A stretch of 64,000 bases of DNA, taken from contig JAAFKJ010000115.1 of the NCBI GenBank assembly GCA_021399395.1, positions 2,364 through 66,363 of the forward strand, read 5' to 3'. Under the pieces are notes generated by a model. That model did not search any database, had not been told where the DNA came from, and saw nothing but the letters and a program-made list of their open reading frames with translations. The stretch is from Candidatus Heimdallarchaeota archaeon (lineage in GTDB: Archaea; Asgardarchaeota; Heimdallarchaeia; Heimdallarchaeales; Heimdallarchaeaceae). Of this stretch, positions 26,053 through 35,538 are shown one piece after another. The first letter of the stretch is position 1, and every line of letters begins with the position of its first letter. Both the position numbers and the translations under genes were made by a program.

Positions 26053-27066
26053 GTGGTTATTGTGTCAGATATACTACAAGCTATCCTTGAAAGTGGATCA
26101 ATTCTAGTAATTGATCCAACAGTTATTCAAACCAATCCGGATGATTTTTTAGATCATTATGGACATATTTTAGATGTGATTGCACTCGTTGCAAAAGGTA
26201 AGTCTGGATTTACTTTCTATCAAAGCAATAGTGCACCAAGAGATAAGACAAATGGGGTGTTCTTCCATTCATTTTGTACCATAGCTGATAATATGGGAAT
26301 CAAAGTAGATGCAATCGTGAATTCATACAGTGATACTTTTCTATCACAAAATGCAGACTTTCAAGTGGTAAGCAGTGATGGTGCAACCATAGCGTCGTTT
26401 GCATGTCCAAGTCAAGAGAACTTCAGCAGATATTTGGCATCCATCGCTTCTGAAGTAGCACATTATCCAATAGATGGCTTAATTCTTGATGATTTAATGC
26501 TTCCAAATAAAAGATCATGTTTCTGTGATCGATGCCGAAGATTATTTGCTAGTAAATGGAATATCGAACGTGATTTCAGTTTTGAATATCTGGAATCTAA
26601 AGACCTATTGACAAATTGGAATGATGAAAGGTCTACCTACGTAAATCAAGCCTTGAAGGAAGTTACTGATACCGTAAAAGGATTGAAGAACATAGATATT
26701 TCCATCATTATGAAAACTGATAGAGAGACAGATTCTTTAATTGGTTCTCATGAGCATTTCGGTCAGAATATTGTTGAACTTGCCAAAACCACCCGTAATT
26801 TGATATTGCATGTAAATCCTTGGAGTGAAATCTCCTCTACAAAAGATGACCCTGCATATCAACAATTATTGACATCATTATCAATACTAAAAGAATATTC
26901 AGGAACTGGAATCAAACCTTCACTCTACTTCTGGGACATTACAACATCTGAAAAACTCGAAACTGCAATAAAATTAAAAGATGATTTGAAAGCAGAGAAG
27001 TTATACATAGATTCAACTCTTCCACATGATTTCACAAAAAGACGAACTACTAACCTAGGGTTTTAG
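26053..27066 (+). CDS. Hypothetical protein, possibly a TIM-barrel glycoside-hydrolase-like (GHL) fold
   Basis: 'IDGLILDDLMLPNKRSCFCDRCRRLF' resembles the D-x-x-R-x-P...C-[FY]-C-x-x-C motif of GHL-type barrels. GTG start. The assignment is weak. Confidence 0.4.
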   Translation: MVIVSDILQAILESGSILVIDPTVIQTNPDDFLDHYGHILDVIALVAKGKSGFTFYQSNSAPRDKTNGVFFHSFCTIADNMGIKVDAIVNSYSDTFLSQNADFQVVSSDGATIASFACPSQENFSRYLASIASEVAHYPIDGLILDDLMLPNKRSCFCDRCRRLFASKWNIERDFSFEYLESKDLLTNWNDERSTYVNQALKEVTDTVKGLKNIDISIIMKTDRETDSLIGSHEHFGQNIVELAKTTRNLILHVNPWSEISSTKDDPAYQQLLTSLSILKEYSGTGIKPSLYFWDITTSEKLETAIKLKDDLKAEKLYIDSTLPHDFTKRRTTNLGF

Positions 27067-27068
27067 AA

Positions 27069-28451
27069 ATGACTCTTGAAAAAGCAATTGAAGAAATTAA
27101 GAAGATGTTTTGGGGAGTATTAAAAGGGCAATTTAATCCTGAAGAGGAAGAAGACGTTAAAACTCATCTTATAACGAATTTAGCCACTTTAACTTCATAT
27201 GCAAAAACATGCTTGCCACCTGATCAGAAGAAAGAGTATGAAAAACACTTTACTAAAGCTAAAGACGTTCTTCTGAAATTTGACAGTGCAGGTCCTTGGT
27301 TTAGAGAACTTCCAGAGATGATTGATACCGTTTATAATGTTATCACCTATGCAAACATGTTGCAGATAGAATATCATCGTTTTAATGGCACAGATAACGA
27401 CAGTCTACAATACATTAATACAAAATTGGAAACTTTGGAAATGCAAGTCAATTCCCTCATTGAAGACTTAAAGAGCATTAAGAAGAAAATTTCTCCCTCC
27501 TTTCAAACCAATCGGCCAGTAACTATAGACGAAACTAAAGGGGAGTTAGTTGATTTTGAGGAAGAAACTCAACTTGAAACTGAAGATGAAGTTCAAGTTT
27601 TTGCTGAACCCATTGATACAACACCAATTGAAATAAAAGAAGTTGAAGAAGCCGAAGAAGATGATACAAAAATAGTTAAGGAGACTGAAATTGAAACTCC
27701 TGAGGTAGAATTAGTGGGAGTTCTAGATGAAGAAATAAGCGGTGATACACAAGATTTGATTGAAGGGATAGAAATCGCTTCTCAGTATGAATTTGAACAA
27801 GAACCATTTGTGCAAAATATAGAATCTGAGCAAGAGGCTTTAAAACAACTAGCAAATCTACTATCTGCTTTAGATCCAGGAGATGATTCTGTAATATCTC
27901 CCCTTACTGAAAAATTGATGACCATTGGAGAAGAAGATGAAATAGAAATCATAGAAGAAATCCCATCAATTGAGTCTGGAGTTGTGGCTGAGGAAGATTT
28001 AAGCAAAGAAGAAATAGCAGAAGTCCACGAATTTAGATCATCAGTATCGCGGTTGAGTCACGTTTTATCATCACCATCAGAAATTAAGGATGCGGCAGAA
28101 TTTGTTTCATCGATAAAGAAAACTATAGCAGATGTTTCTAAGGATAAGGATCTTGAAGCTGGTAAGAAATCAAAACTAACTCAAATCATAGAATCTGAAG
28201 TGGGTGAAGTAGAAAAACCTCCAGTTCAAACAGAAGATATTGAGAATGTAATTAAGCACCTTGAAACCAGAAGACAAAAGGCAGTAGAACGGATACAGCA
28301 ATTAGAAGAAGCTCTTAATTCAGAGAAAATTGATGAGGAAGAATGGCAAGAACTTCGAATAAAGGCTGAAAGACATATGTTAAGGGTTGAAGATACTCTA
28401 GATGGTTATAAGAGATATTTGACCAAATTACATACTAAACCCACCGAATAA
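27069..28451 (+). CDS. Highly acidic protein with a helical N-domain and a C-terminal coiled coil
   Basis: 460-aa ORF starting 2 nt after the previous stop. It has a long E/D/I/V-rich middle region and terminal heptad repeats. Confidence 0.5.
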   Translation: MTLEKAIEEIKKMFWGVLKGQFNPEEEEDVKTHLITNLATLTSYAKTCLPPDQKKEYEKHFTKAKDVLLKFDSAGPWFRELPEMIDTVYNVITYANMLQIEYHRFNGTDNDSLQYINTKLETLEMQVNSLIEDLKSIKKKISPSFQTNRPVTIDETKGELVDFEEETQLETEDEVQVFAEPIDTTPIEIKEVEEAEEDDTKIVKETEIETPEVELVGVLDEEISGDTQDLIEGIEIASQYEFEQEPFVQNIESEQEALKQLANLLSALDPGDDSVISPLTEKLMTIGEEDEIEIIEEIPSIESGVVAEEDLSKEEIAEVHEFRSSVSRLSHVLSSPSEIKDAAEFVSSIKKTIADVSKDKDLEAGKKSKLTQIIESEVGEVEKPPVQTEDIENVIKHLETRRQKAVERIQQLEEALNSEKIDEEEWQELRIKAERHMLRVEDTLDGYKRYLTKLHTKPTE

Positions 28452-28455
28452 GACG

Positions 28456-28893
28456 ATGATCATGAAAGAAATTTTTCTTACTCATTATTATTATGGTGAT
28501 AGATTTACATCTTTTAAGACAGGATTAGGTACTATTATTAGAGGTCTTGGTCATTCATTGAATATTCGAATGATTCTCATAAATGACTCCTTTCATTGGT
28601 TAACAAATCAAGATCAGTTCAAAAATATAGATGCAGTTTTTCTTGATTTAAATCAACACAAAGAGATTCTACGTGTTCTTCAAGAAGAAATTTTGTCCTT
28701 AGAGAAGTCTCTTCTGTTTATTGCCAATTTTGATTTACTCATTGAGCATAACATTTTGAGTATAGAGGATTTTATAGATCTTATTAAGAGTAAACATAAA
28801 ACAACAGAGATTCTTTTAACTGGGGAAATGAAGTATCCTAAACTAGAAAATATAGCTGATTATGTAAGTGCCATTCAATCAACTAAAAACTAA
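28456..28893 (+). CDS. CobO-like fold protein lacking the P-loop
   Basis: Aligns by eye with the protein at 18333-18842 ('DLLIEHNILSIEDFIDLI...EILLTGEMKYPKLENIADYVSAIQ' vs 'ELGIALSYDLVEWKDLQTIL...EIIITGRKIPDKIRSRVDEIINIE'). G-x-G-x-GKT is replaced by 'YGDRFTSFKT'. Confidence 0.45.
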   Translation: MIMKEIFLTHYYYGDRFTSFKTGLGTIIRGLGHSLNIRMILINDSFHWLTNQDQFKNIDAVFLDLNQHKEILRVLQEEILSLEKSLLFIANFDLLIEHNILSIEDFIDLIKSKHKTTEILLTGEMKYPKLENIADYVSAIQSTKN

Positions 28894-29673
28894 ATCAACT
28901 GCAATATGTGCAATTCTAGGGGCTAACCATCTTATTAATCTCGATGTTTCTATATGAAAAGAAGATTCAATTTGGTTTGTTTTGAGAACATTCTCAATCT
29001 TTTGTTCAATATTTCTGTTAATTCTTTCCTTCTCTTGCACCTTATCTGTTATTTGCCAATGGATGATACCTTTACCATCTTTTAGAGAATTAACTGCTAC
29101 TGGAAGTGCACGTTCTGCTTCAAGAGGAAGGGGAAGGAGTATTCTATCAACTTCACCAAAAAATAAATCTGGTACAATACTAAATGCATCTCCCAGATAA
29201 GTTTTTACTATATCTTCACATTTGTTTAATTCAATGTTCCTTACAAGGAAATTATATGCCGCTTCGTTCAATTCAATACTGTGTACAATACACTCCTTAC
29301 ATTTCGTAGCGATAGCAATACTAAATGGTCCAACTCCTGAAAAGAAATTTAACACAATTTCTCCTTCTTTAACCAAATTAGCAATTCTTTGTCTCTCATA
29401 ACTTAATCTTGGTGAGAAAAACGTGGTTGATATGTCAACTTCAAATGTGTTTCCATACTCTTTATGAACGGTTTCGAATGTTTCGATCCCCATAAAATGT
29501 TGAAAATCTCTAGATCTCTCCACTCCTTTTACTTTAGAGGTTTGCACAACTACCGTTTTTATTTTAGGGTACCTTTCTAATATTTCATTTGAAAACTGTA
29601 GTAATTTAGACTCATCAGTTTGCTCGCGTATGATAAGTATGCTCCCTACAATTTCAAAGATAATATCCTTCAT
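28879..29673 (-). CDS. Trm5/Taw2 (Met-10+) family tRNA methyltransferase
   Basis: SAM motif 'VLNFFSGVGPFSIAIA' and the 'LLPLP' motif equivalent to NLP. The ~265 aa size matches the short Taw2/Trm5 forms. Confidence 0.7.
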   Translation of the reverse strand: MKDIIFEIVGSILIIREQTDESKLLQFSNEILERYPKIKTVVVQTSKVKGVERSRDFQHFMGIETFETVHKEYGNTFEVDISTTFFSPRLSYERQRIANLVKEGEIVLNFFSGVGPFSIAIATKCKECIVHSIELNEAAYNFLVRNIELNKCEDIVKTYLGDAFSIVPDLFFGEVDRILLPLPLEAERALPVAVNSLKDGKGIIHWQITDKVQEKERINRNIEQKIENVLKTNQIESSFHIETSRLIRWLAPRIAHIAVDLVFS

Positions 29674-29698
29674 ACTTATCTCCAGTAGAAATTATTGT

Positions 29699-31852
29699 TT
29701 ATTCTGGAATTTCCCGGATAGGTTGCCCTTTGTATATAGCTTTGTCAAACGCAATTCTTCTCATTTGAGGTTGAGTATTAATCTCTTCATAATAATGTGC
29801 TGCTAATCCTGCCGTTCTTCCAAAGACAAAGACTGCTTTAGCTAATTTCGGATTTATATCCATATCTGCAATAATGGCCCCAATTACACCATCTACATTA
29901 ATTGGAAGATTCATTCCTCGAACTCTATAAAAGGCATCACCTATAATTTTTGAAACTGCAACACATTCTTTTGCATATCCCGCTTTTTCGGATAAATCCC
30001 AGAGAACATCTCTTCTAGGATCTTGTGTGTGGATTCTATGACCTAGTCCTTCGATACGTTTACCTGATTTGATGGTTTTTTTAATTAGCTCAAAGGTTGT
30101 TTCTTGAAGGTCGGTTGCGTTTTCTTTTGATAGTTTTACAGCTGAAAGCATGAATTCAGCAGCTTTTTGCCCTGCTCCTCCATGAACATCAGTTATAGCT
30201 TGAATGCCTGCAGAAATTGCTACTTCATAGTTAGCGCGAGTTGATGCTAATATTAGAGTGGCTTGTGCTGATGGAGGAGTAACTCCATGGTCCACACAGG
30301 CAGTAATTATAGCTTCAAGAAGTTTGATTTTCATTTTATCCTTAGGCATTTCTCCAACTAATCCCAAATAGAGTAAATCTGAGAAAGAGAGATTTTCTTT
30401 GCTTTGAGTATCAATTTTTTGTACGTTTCCAAAGTAAATTGAAAGATATCTCAAAACCCTTCCCAAGGAATATACTACAATTTTTGAAGGATTTTTTTCG
30501 AATTGAGCAAATGTTGATAATTTATCATCAAGTAGCAAAAACGTTCCAATAAGTTTGGAAACATCAGATTCTTTAGAGATTTTATCATTATAGAGAAATT
30601 CTTCCTTAGCTGCGTTAATTCCAATCTCCTCGAGTTCTTGCATTTCTCCAACCGGAAATTCTCCTTCAATTAAAAGACTAGCTGTTTCTAACAACCCTTT
30701 TTTTGCAATTATCTCCTGTAAAGGATATCCTCTGATTATGAGGTTGTTAGGAACAACTTTTGTTATCAAAGTTCCCCATGTAGGTTCAGGAGATTTTTCA
30801 TCCCATTTCTTTTTCATTCTTTGATAATAATTCTCTACTTCAAAGTATGTTCTGTTAAGTTTAGTTTTTACGGCGTCAATCAAATCTTTTTGATGGTTTA
30901 CAACAACAGCTCCAGCTTTTTCTAATAACTCTTTTTTGGAGTTGAAAGTTCCATGTTTTTGACCAGGAGCTATAACTGCTCCAGCATGTCCCATTGTTTT
31001 TCCTTCTGGTGCGTTTGCTCCAGAAATAAGTGCAACTAGAGGTTTTGGGTATTTTTCGGGATGATTTATCATATCTTGAGCAAGAAGTTCCTCTTGCATT
31101 CCTCCAATCTCACCTGCAACAACTACCAAATCTGTATTATCATAATTCATTACTAAAGAAACAAGGTCTACAAACCTTGAACCTATAGCACCGTCTCCAC
31201 CAACTCCTAGTACACCATTTTGAGCTATTCCGGCACTTGCCAAAGCATCTGACATGTGATACAGAATTGCTCCACTTCTTGATAGAATGGTGACACCTTT
31301 TGGACCAATAGTTCCATCTTCTGTAATTTGTGCTTGAAAAATATCGGGAAGCATGCCGACTTTTATTGCTTCAGGGGGGAAGATTATACCTGGTGTATTT
31401 CCTCCAAATAAGATGGTTTTGTGTTTTCGAGCCTCTACTAAAATATTTCTTACATCTTTGAGTGGAATAAATTCTGAGATAAGAACCACAATTGGTACTC
31501 CCGATCTAATGACTTCTATTGTTGCATCTTTTGCAGTTGAATAATGTCTCCAGATACTAGCTACAGCAATATTTGGGTGACTATTTACCGCTTCTTCTGC
31601 AGAGTCATATACTGGAATGGTTTCATGTACTTTTGTTCCACCTCTGCCTGGTGCAACTCCACAAGTCACATTTGTTCCATATTCCATCATAAGCTGAGCA
31701 TGTCTTGTACCTTGTCTTCCTAACCCAACTATCATTGTTTCAATTGACTCAGATTGATTTATTTTCTCCGCAAGCTTCGGTCTTACCTGTTTAATAAGAT
31801 AATAAAGCAATCCTTGGTTAGTGTTAAGTTTTTCATTTTTCATATAACTCAT
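29699..31852 (-). CDS. ATP-citrate-lyase-like large subunit (SucD-like CoA-binding/phosphohistidine domain fused to a citrate-synthase-like citryl-CoA lyase domain)
   Basis: 'GRQGTRHAQLMMEYGT', the catalytic-His loop 'TMGHAGAV', and C-terminal 'GLGHRIHTQDPR'. There is a 4-nt ATGA overlap with the upstream subunit. Confidence 0.8.
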   Translation of the reverse strand: MSYMKNEKLNTNQGLLYYLIKQVRPKLAEKINQSESIETMIVGLGRQGTRHAQLMMEYGTNVTCGVAPGRGGTKVHETIPVYDSAEEAVNSHPNIAVASIWRHYSTAKDATIEVIRSGVPIVVLISEFIPLKDVRNILVEARKHKTILFGGNTPGIIFPPEAIKVGMLPDIFQAQITEDGTIGPKGVTILSRSGAILYHMSDALASAGIAQNGVLGVGGDGAIGSRFVDLVSLVMNYDNTDLVVVAGEIGGMQEELLAQDMINHPEKYPKPLVALISGANAPEGKTMGHAGAVIAPGQKHGTFNSKKELLEKAGAVVVNHQKDLIDAVKTKLNRTYFEVENYYQRMKKKWDEKSPEPTWGTLITKVVPNNLIIRGYPLQEIIAKKGLLETASLLIEGEFPVGEMQELEEIGINAAKEEFLYNDKISKESDVSKLIGTFLLLDDKLSTFAQFEKNPSKIVVYSLGRVLRYLSIYFGNVQKIDTQSKENLSFSDLLYLGLVGEMPKDKMKIKLLEAIITACVDHGVTPPSAQATLILASTRANYEVAISAGIQAITDVHGGAGQKAAEFMLSAVKLSKENATDLQETTFELIKKTIKSGKRIEGLGHRIHTQDPRRDVLWDLSEKAGYAKECVAVSKIIGDAFYRVRGMNLPINVDGVIGAIIADMDINPKLAKAVFVFGRTAGLAAHYYEEINTQPQMRRIAFDKAIYKGQPIREIPE

Positions 31853-33153
31853 CCCCTAATCTCCTGTTGTTTTATTTTGAAACCGTATTCAATACCGTCT
31901 TTGATTACATCCGCCATAATTTTTTGATTCCCAACGACTATGTGCAAATCTTTCAAAGGTTCAGGAGTTTCTCTTTTTGCCTTTTCTAGATATTCTCTTG
32001 CAGCTGCTAAATCAGTTCCCACCATCCTACCATATACTGGAATCATTCTTCTTTTTTGCAAGTATCTGTCTCTTAAAGACATAATCAAACCACGGATAAA
32101 TACATCACAACTTGAAATTCCTCCAAATCTGCTAGTGATTATTAGATCTGTTACTGGATGATCCATCAGAAGATGAAACATATCTGCAACTTTGCTAAGA
32201 GATGGACCTCCTCCACTATCCATGAAGTTTATTGGAACTACCTTCCCGTCGAAATACCTGTTGCCTACATTAACTACTTCATCAACTGAGAAGATACCAT
32301 ATCCAGCTCCTCCTGGAACTAATGCAACATAGAGCTTGTCTTCTTCCTCATTAAAATTATCTGGATTTTCTAATAAATCTAAATATGGGAACCCAATTTT
32401 ATACGCTTTTGCTTCAAAAACAGTTTGTTCTGAGACATCGTGTCTTTTACTTCTTGGGTCAATACCCATTGATTGTAACAAGGGTTCTTGCCTGTATAAA
32501 CTGTTATCGTCTAATACTACTTTTGCATCTGCCGCTACAATCTGGTTATCAGCTGTAAGGATTAAAGGGTTAATCTCACAGATTTTAGCTTCAATATTCT
32601 GAAAAGTTGAATAAAGGGATTTTATTGTATTTTGTAACTGATTTCTGATTTCGGGTATCTCTGGGAAGTTTTTTAGAAGGAAGTTAACTGCTTCTTCAGT
32701 AATAGATTCATCTAACTCTTTTGCATTATCAAAAATGGTTTTTTTCCAGATCAATTCAGGATTGTTTTTTGCAACTTCTTCTATGTCGATTCCACCACTT
32801 GCTGAAGTTACTAAAACTATGTCAAATGTTGCAGGATCTGTTGTTACTGCAAGATAAATTTCATTGGAAATGCTTACTGTTTCTTCTAATAGAATTTTCT
32901 CAATTGGGTATCCTCGAATTGAAGTTTGAAACATTTTTTCAATAATCTTCTTTGCTTCTTCAATGTTTTCTACTTTTTTGATTCCTCCCGCTTTTCCTCT
33001 TCCACCAATTAACACCATTGCTTTTACCATTAAAGGGAATGATAATGTAAATGAATCAATATCCTCTAGTTTTTCAATTACTGCTACTTGTCTAGGAATT
33101 TTTAATCCAAATCTCTCAAAAATCTGTTTAGCTTCATACTCGTATAATTTCAT
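31849..33153 (-). CDS. ATP-citrate-lyase-like small subunit (SucC-like ATP-grasp)
   Basis: N-terminus 'MKLYEYEAKQIFERFGLKIP' and 'VKAMVLIGGRGKAGGI' are typical of succinyl-CoA-synthetase-beta/ACL ATP-grasp domains. Confidence 0.8.
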   Translation of the reverse strand: MKLYEYEAKQIFERFGLKIPRQVAVIEKLEDIDSFTLSFPLMVKAMVLIGGRGKAGGIKKVENIEEAKKIIEKMFQTSIRGYPIEKILLEETVSISNEIYLAVTTDPATFDIVLVTSASGGIDIEEVAKNNPELIWKKTIFDNAKELDESITEEAVNFLLKNFPEIPEIRNQLQNTIKSLYSTFQNIEAKICEINPLILTADNQIVAADAKVVLDDNSLYRQEPLLQSMGIDPRSKRHDVSEQTVFEAKAYKIGFPYLDLLENPDNFNEEEDKLYVALVPGGAGYGIFSVDEVVNVGNRYFDGKVVPINFMDSGGGPSLSKVADMFHLLMDHPVTDLIITSRFGGISSCDVFIRGLIMSLRDRYLQKRRMIPVYGRMVGTDLAAAREYLEKAKRETPEPLKDLHIVVGNQKIMADVIKDGIEYGFKIKQQEIRG

Positions 33154-33165
33154 ATTTCTTCACTT

Positions 33166-35019
33166 TTAAGATGAATTAAGTTGTTGATAATAACTGATTA
33201 AACCTCCAGCATTGAAGATTTTGAGTAATTCTTCTGGAAGTTTAGGGAAAATATAAGATTGATCTCCATTAGTAATTATACCATTCTCTAAATCAATTGT
33301 TACGGGTTCATCTGGATTATAATTACTTACAAATTCAGAATGAACAATGATAGGTAATCCTTGATTGATTGCTGACCTATAGAATATTCGAGCAACTGAT
33401 TTAACTATGACAGCTTTTATACCCGCAGCAGCAAGTCCTACAGCAGGATGTTCTCTTGATGAGCCACATCCAAAATTTTCTCCGCTTACGATAATATCCC
33501 CTGGTTTGACCCTAGATGCAAATGTTTCATCCAATCCTTTGAACAAATGTGGTACGATTTTATCTCCTTCTGACGATTTGATATCATATGTTAGCCCCCC
33601 TGCGAACATTTGATCGGTATTAAAATCGCTAATATCTTTGTAATTCCAAACATTTTCTTTGTATCTGTCATCATTAGATCCAATTGTGAGAGTTTTTTCT
33701 TCAATATCTCTTGATTTTAGTTCAATTGTTTTTTCGTCACTTTTAACTTCAATTGAAAGATATTCCCTAGGATCAACAATTTTCCCTTCTATTGCTGAAG
33801 CAGCAACAGTTGCGGGTGATGCTAGATACACTGAAGATTTCTTGTTTCCCATTCTCCCTAAGAAATTTCTATTTGCTGTTGATATTACATTCCATCCATC
33901 TGCTGGAATACCTTGCCCTTTACCTAAACAAGGACCACAACTACATGATAAGATTGTAGCTCCTGCATTAACGAGAATTGTAATTACGCCTTTCTTCAAT
34001 GCTTGTTGATAAATCTTCGAAGATGCTGGAGCAACTAAGAATACCACTCCTTTCTTTATCTTCTTATCCTTCAAAATCGAAGCAGCGATTTCTAAGTCAT
34101 CTAAACGTGCATTTGTACAAGTACCCAAGAAAGCTTGCTGAATCTCGATTTCATTTAAAACCTTCGCAAATTCTGCGTTATCCACTTGATGAGGAACGGC
34201 AACTAGTGGTTCTAAATGGTTTAATTGTAATATTACTTCGAAACTAAATGATGCATCTTCATCTGACCACAATACTTCTTTTTCATTCAAGAAATCATTG
34301 CTTTCATATTTCTCTGATAGCCACTTTATTAAAACTTCATCTGATGGAAAAATGGCTGTTTTTGCACCCATTTCTGATGCTAAATTGGCAAGTGTCATCC
34401 TTTCTGAGACAGAAAGTGTCTTTACTCCATCTCCATGAAATTCTATCGCTTGATATGTTGCACCTGATGCCCCTATCTTATTCATTAACCAAAGAGCTAT
34501 GTCCTTTGCATAAACTCCTGGCGATAATTTACCGTTCAAAACTACTTTAATAGTTTCAGGAACTCTGAACCAAGTTTTTCCTGTTAACCACAATCCCGCA
34601 GTTTCCGTTCGATCAATTCCAGCTGCAAATGCAGCGAAAGCTCCACTTGTACATGTGTGTGAGTCTGAACCAACAACTAACATATTTGGGAGTGCATGGT
34701 TAGACATAAGTTGATGACAAATGCCCCTTCCTTCGTCATAAAATTTGGTGATATTATGCTCTTTTACCAGCTCTCTTATGCTTTTATGATCATTTGCTAT
34801 TTGTACGCTTGTTGGTGGGGAATCGTGATCAAGAACAATTACCAATCGATTTGGAAACATAATTTTTGTCCCACCCATTTTTTGGAATGTTTTAACAATT
34901 GAAGCTGAATTGTCGTGTGACAGAATTAAATCGGGTTCTGCATAAACAATAGATCCTGCTGTAACATTCAAATCTGATTTAAGTGAAAAAAGTTTTTCAG
35001 AAAATGTTTTTCCAACCAT
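33166..35019 (-). CDS. Fused LeuC-LeuD-type aconitase-family hydro-lyase
   Basis: Fe-S ligand motifs 'GSDSHTCT', 'GTCTNARLDD' and 'SCSCGPCLG' in the first ~420 aa. A LeuD swivel domain with 'GENFGCGSSREHPA' occupies the last ~170 aa. Confidence 0.8.
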   Translation of the reverse strand: MVGKTFSEKLFSLKSDLNVTAGSIVYAEPDLILSHDNSASIVKTFQKMGGTKIMFPNRLVIVLDHDSPPTSVQIANDHKSIRELVKEHNITKFYDEGRGICHQLMSNHALPNMLVVGSDSHTCTSGAFAAFAAGIDRTETAGLWLTGKTWFRVPETIKVVLNGKLSPGVYAKDIALWLMNKIGASGATYQAIEFHGDGVKTLSVSERMTLANLASEMGAKTAIFPSDEVLIKWLSEKYESNDFLNEKEVLWSDEDASFSFEVILQLNHLEPLVAVPHQVDNAEFAKVLNEIEIQQAFLGTCTNARLDDLEIAASILKDKKIKKGVVFLVAPASSKIYQQALKKGVITILVNAGATILSCSCGPCLGKGQGIPADGWNVISTANRNFLGRMGNKKSSVYLASPATVAASAIEGKIVDPREYLSIEVKSDEKTIELKSRDIEEKTLTIGSNDDRYKENVWNYKDISDFNTDQMFAGGLTYDIKSSEGDKIVPHLFKGLDETFASRVKPGDIIVSGENFGCGSSREHPAVGLAAAGIKAVIVKSVARIFYRSAINQGLPIIVHSEFVSNYNPDEPVTIDLENGIITNGDQSYIFPKLPEELLKIFNAGGLISYYQQLNSS

Positions 35020-35031
35020 AATGTAGTCTCC

Positions 35032-35538
35032 TCAGAATTTTTCTCCTAATTCTAATAACCCCCCAGCATTCATAATATCTAATACTGGTTGTGGAATTTT
35101 TCTGCAAGTTATTTGTGTATATTTAGTTTTGTTTAGGATAACTGATTGATTAATATCTATCTCTATTTCGTCATCTTTGTCAGTATCAAAACTAGCGATT
35201 TCAGGAACTTCAACAAGAAGTAATCCTGCGTTTACAGCATTGCTGTAATATATGGGACCAAAGGATTCACCTATTATTGCTTTAATTTTGTGGGCAAGAA
35301 ATCCAGTTACTGCTTGTTGCCTGGTAGATCCTTTACCAAAATTTTTTCCTACCACCAAGATTTTGTTTGAATTGTCTTCTTTTCCGAAATCTTGAAATCC
35401 TTCTAAATTACCGAAAATGTGAGGCTTAATTTCTTCTGGATTGTGGATTGTTAATAATGATTGATGAAAAATTTGATCAGTATCAATATCATCAACACGT
35501 ACTAATTTCACTTTACCGATAATAGTCTCTTTTCTCAT
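35032..35538 (-). CDS. Aconitase-family small subunit (LeuD/HacB-like), divergent active-site loop
   Basis: Swivel-domain layout. 'GKNFGKGSTRQQAV' stands in place of the usual 'G-x-NFGCGSSREHA'. Confidence 0.8.
   Translation of the reverse strand: MRKETIIGKVKLVRVDDIDTDQIFHQSLLTIHNPEEIKPHIFGNLEGFQDFGKEDNSNKILVVGKNFGKGSTRQQAVTGFLAHKIKAIIGESFGPIYYSNAVNAGLLLVEVPEIASFDTDKDDEIEIDINQSVILNKTKYTQITCRKIPQPVLDIMNAGGLLELGEKF

Noticed and set aside
33407-34902. Five plus-strand ORFs (68-116 aa) inside the fused LeuC-LeuD gene
   Set aside because: All are antisense to a gene with clear aconitase-family motifs, and none has a recognisable motif. The same reasoning applies to other antisense track ORFs (e.g. 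1481-1711, 5443-6027, 17577-17921, 23164-23376, 24415-24669, 37344-37929, 39606-40027, 53221-53677).
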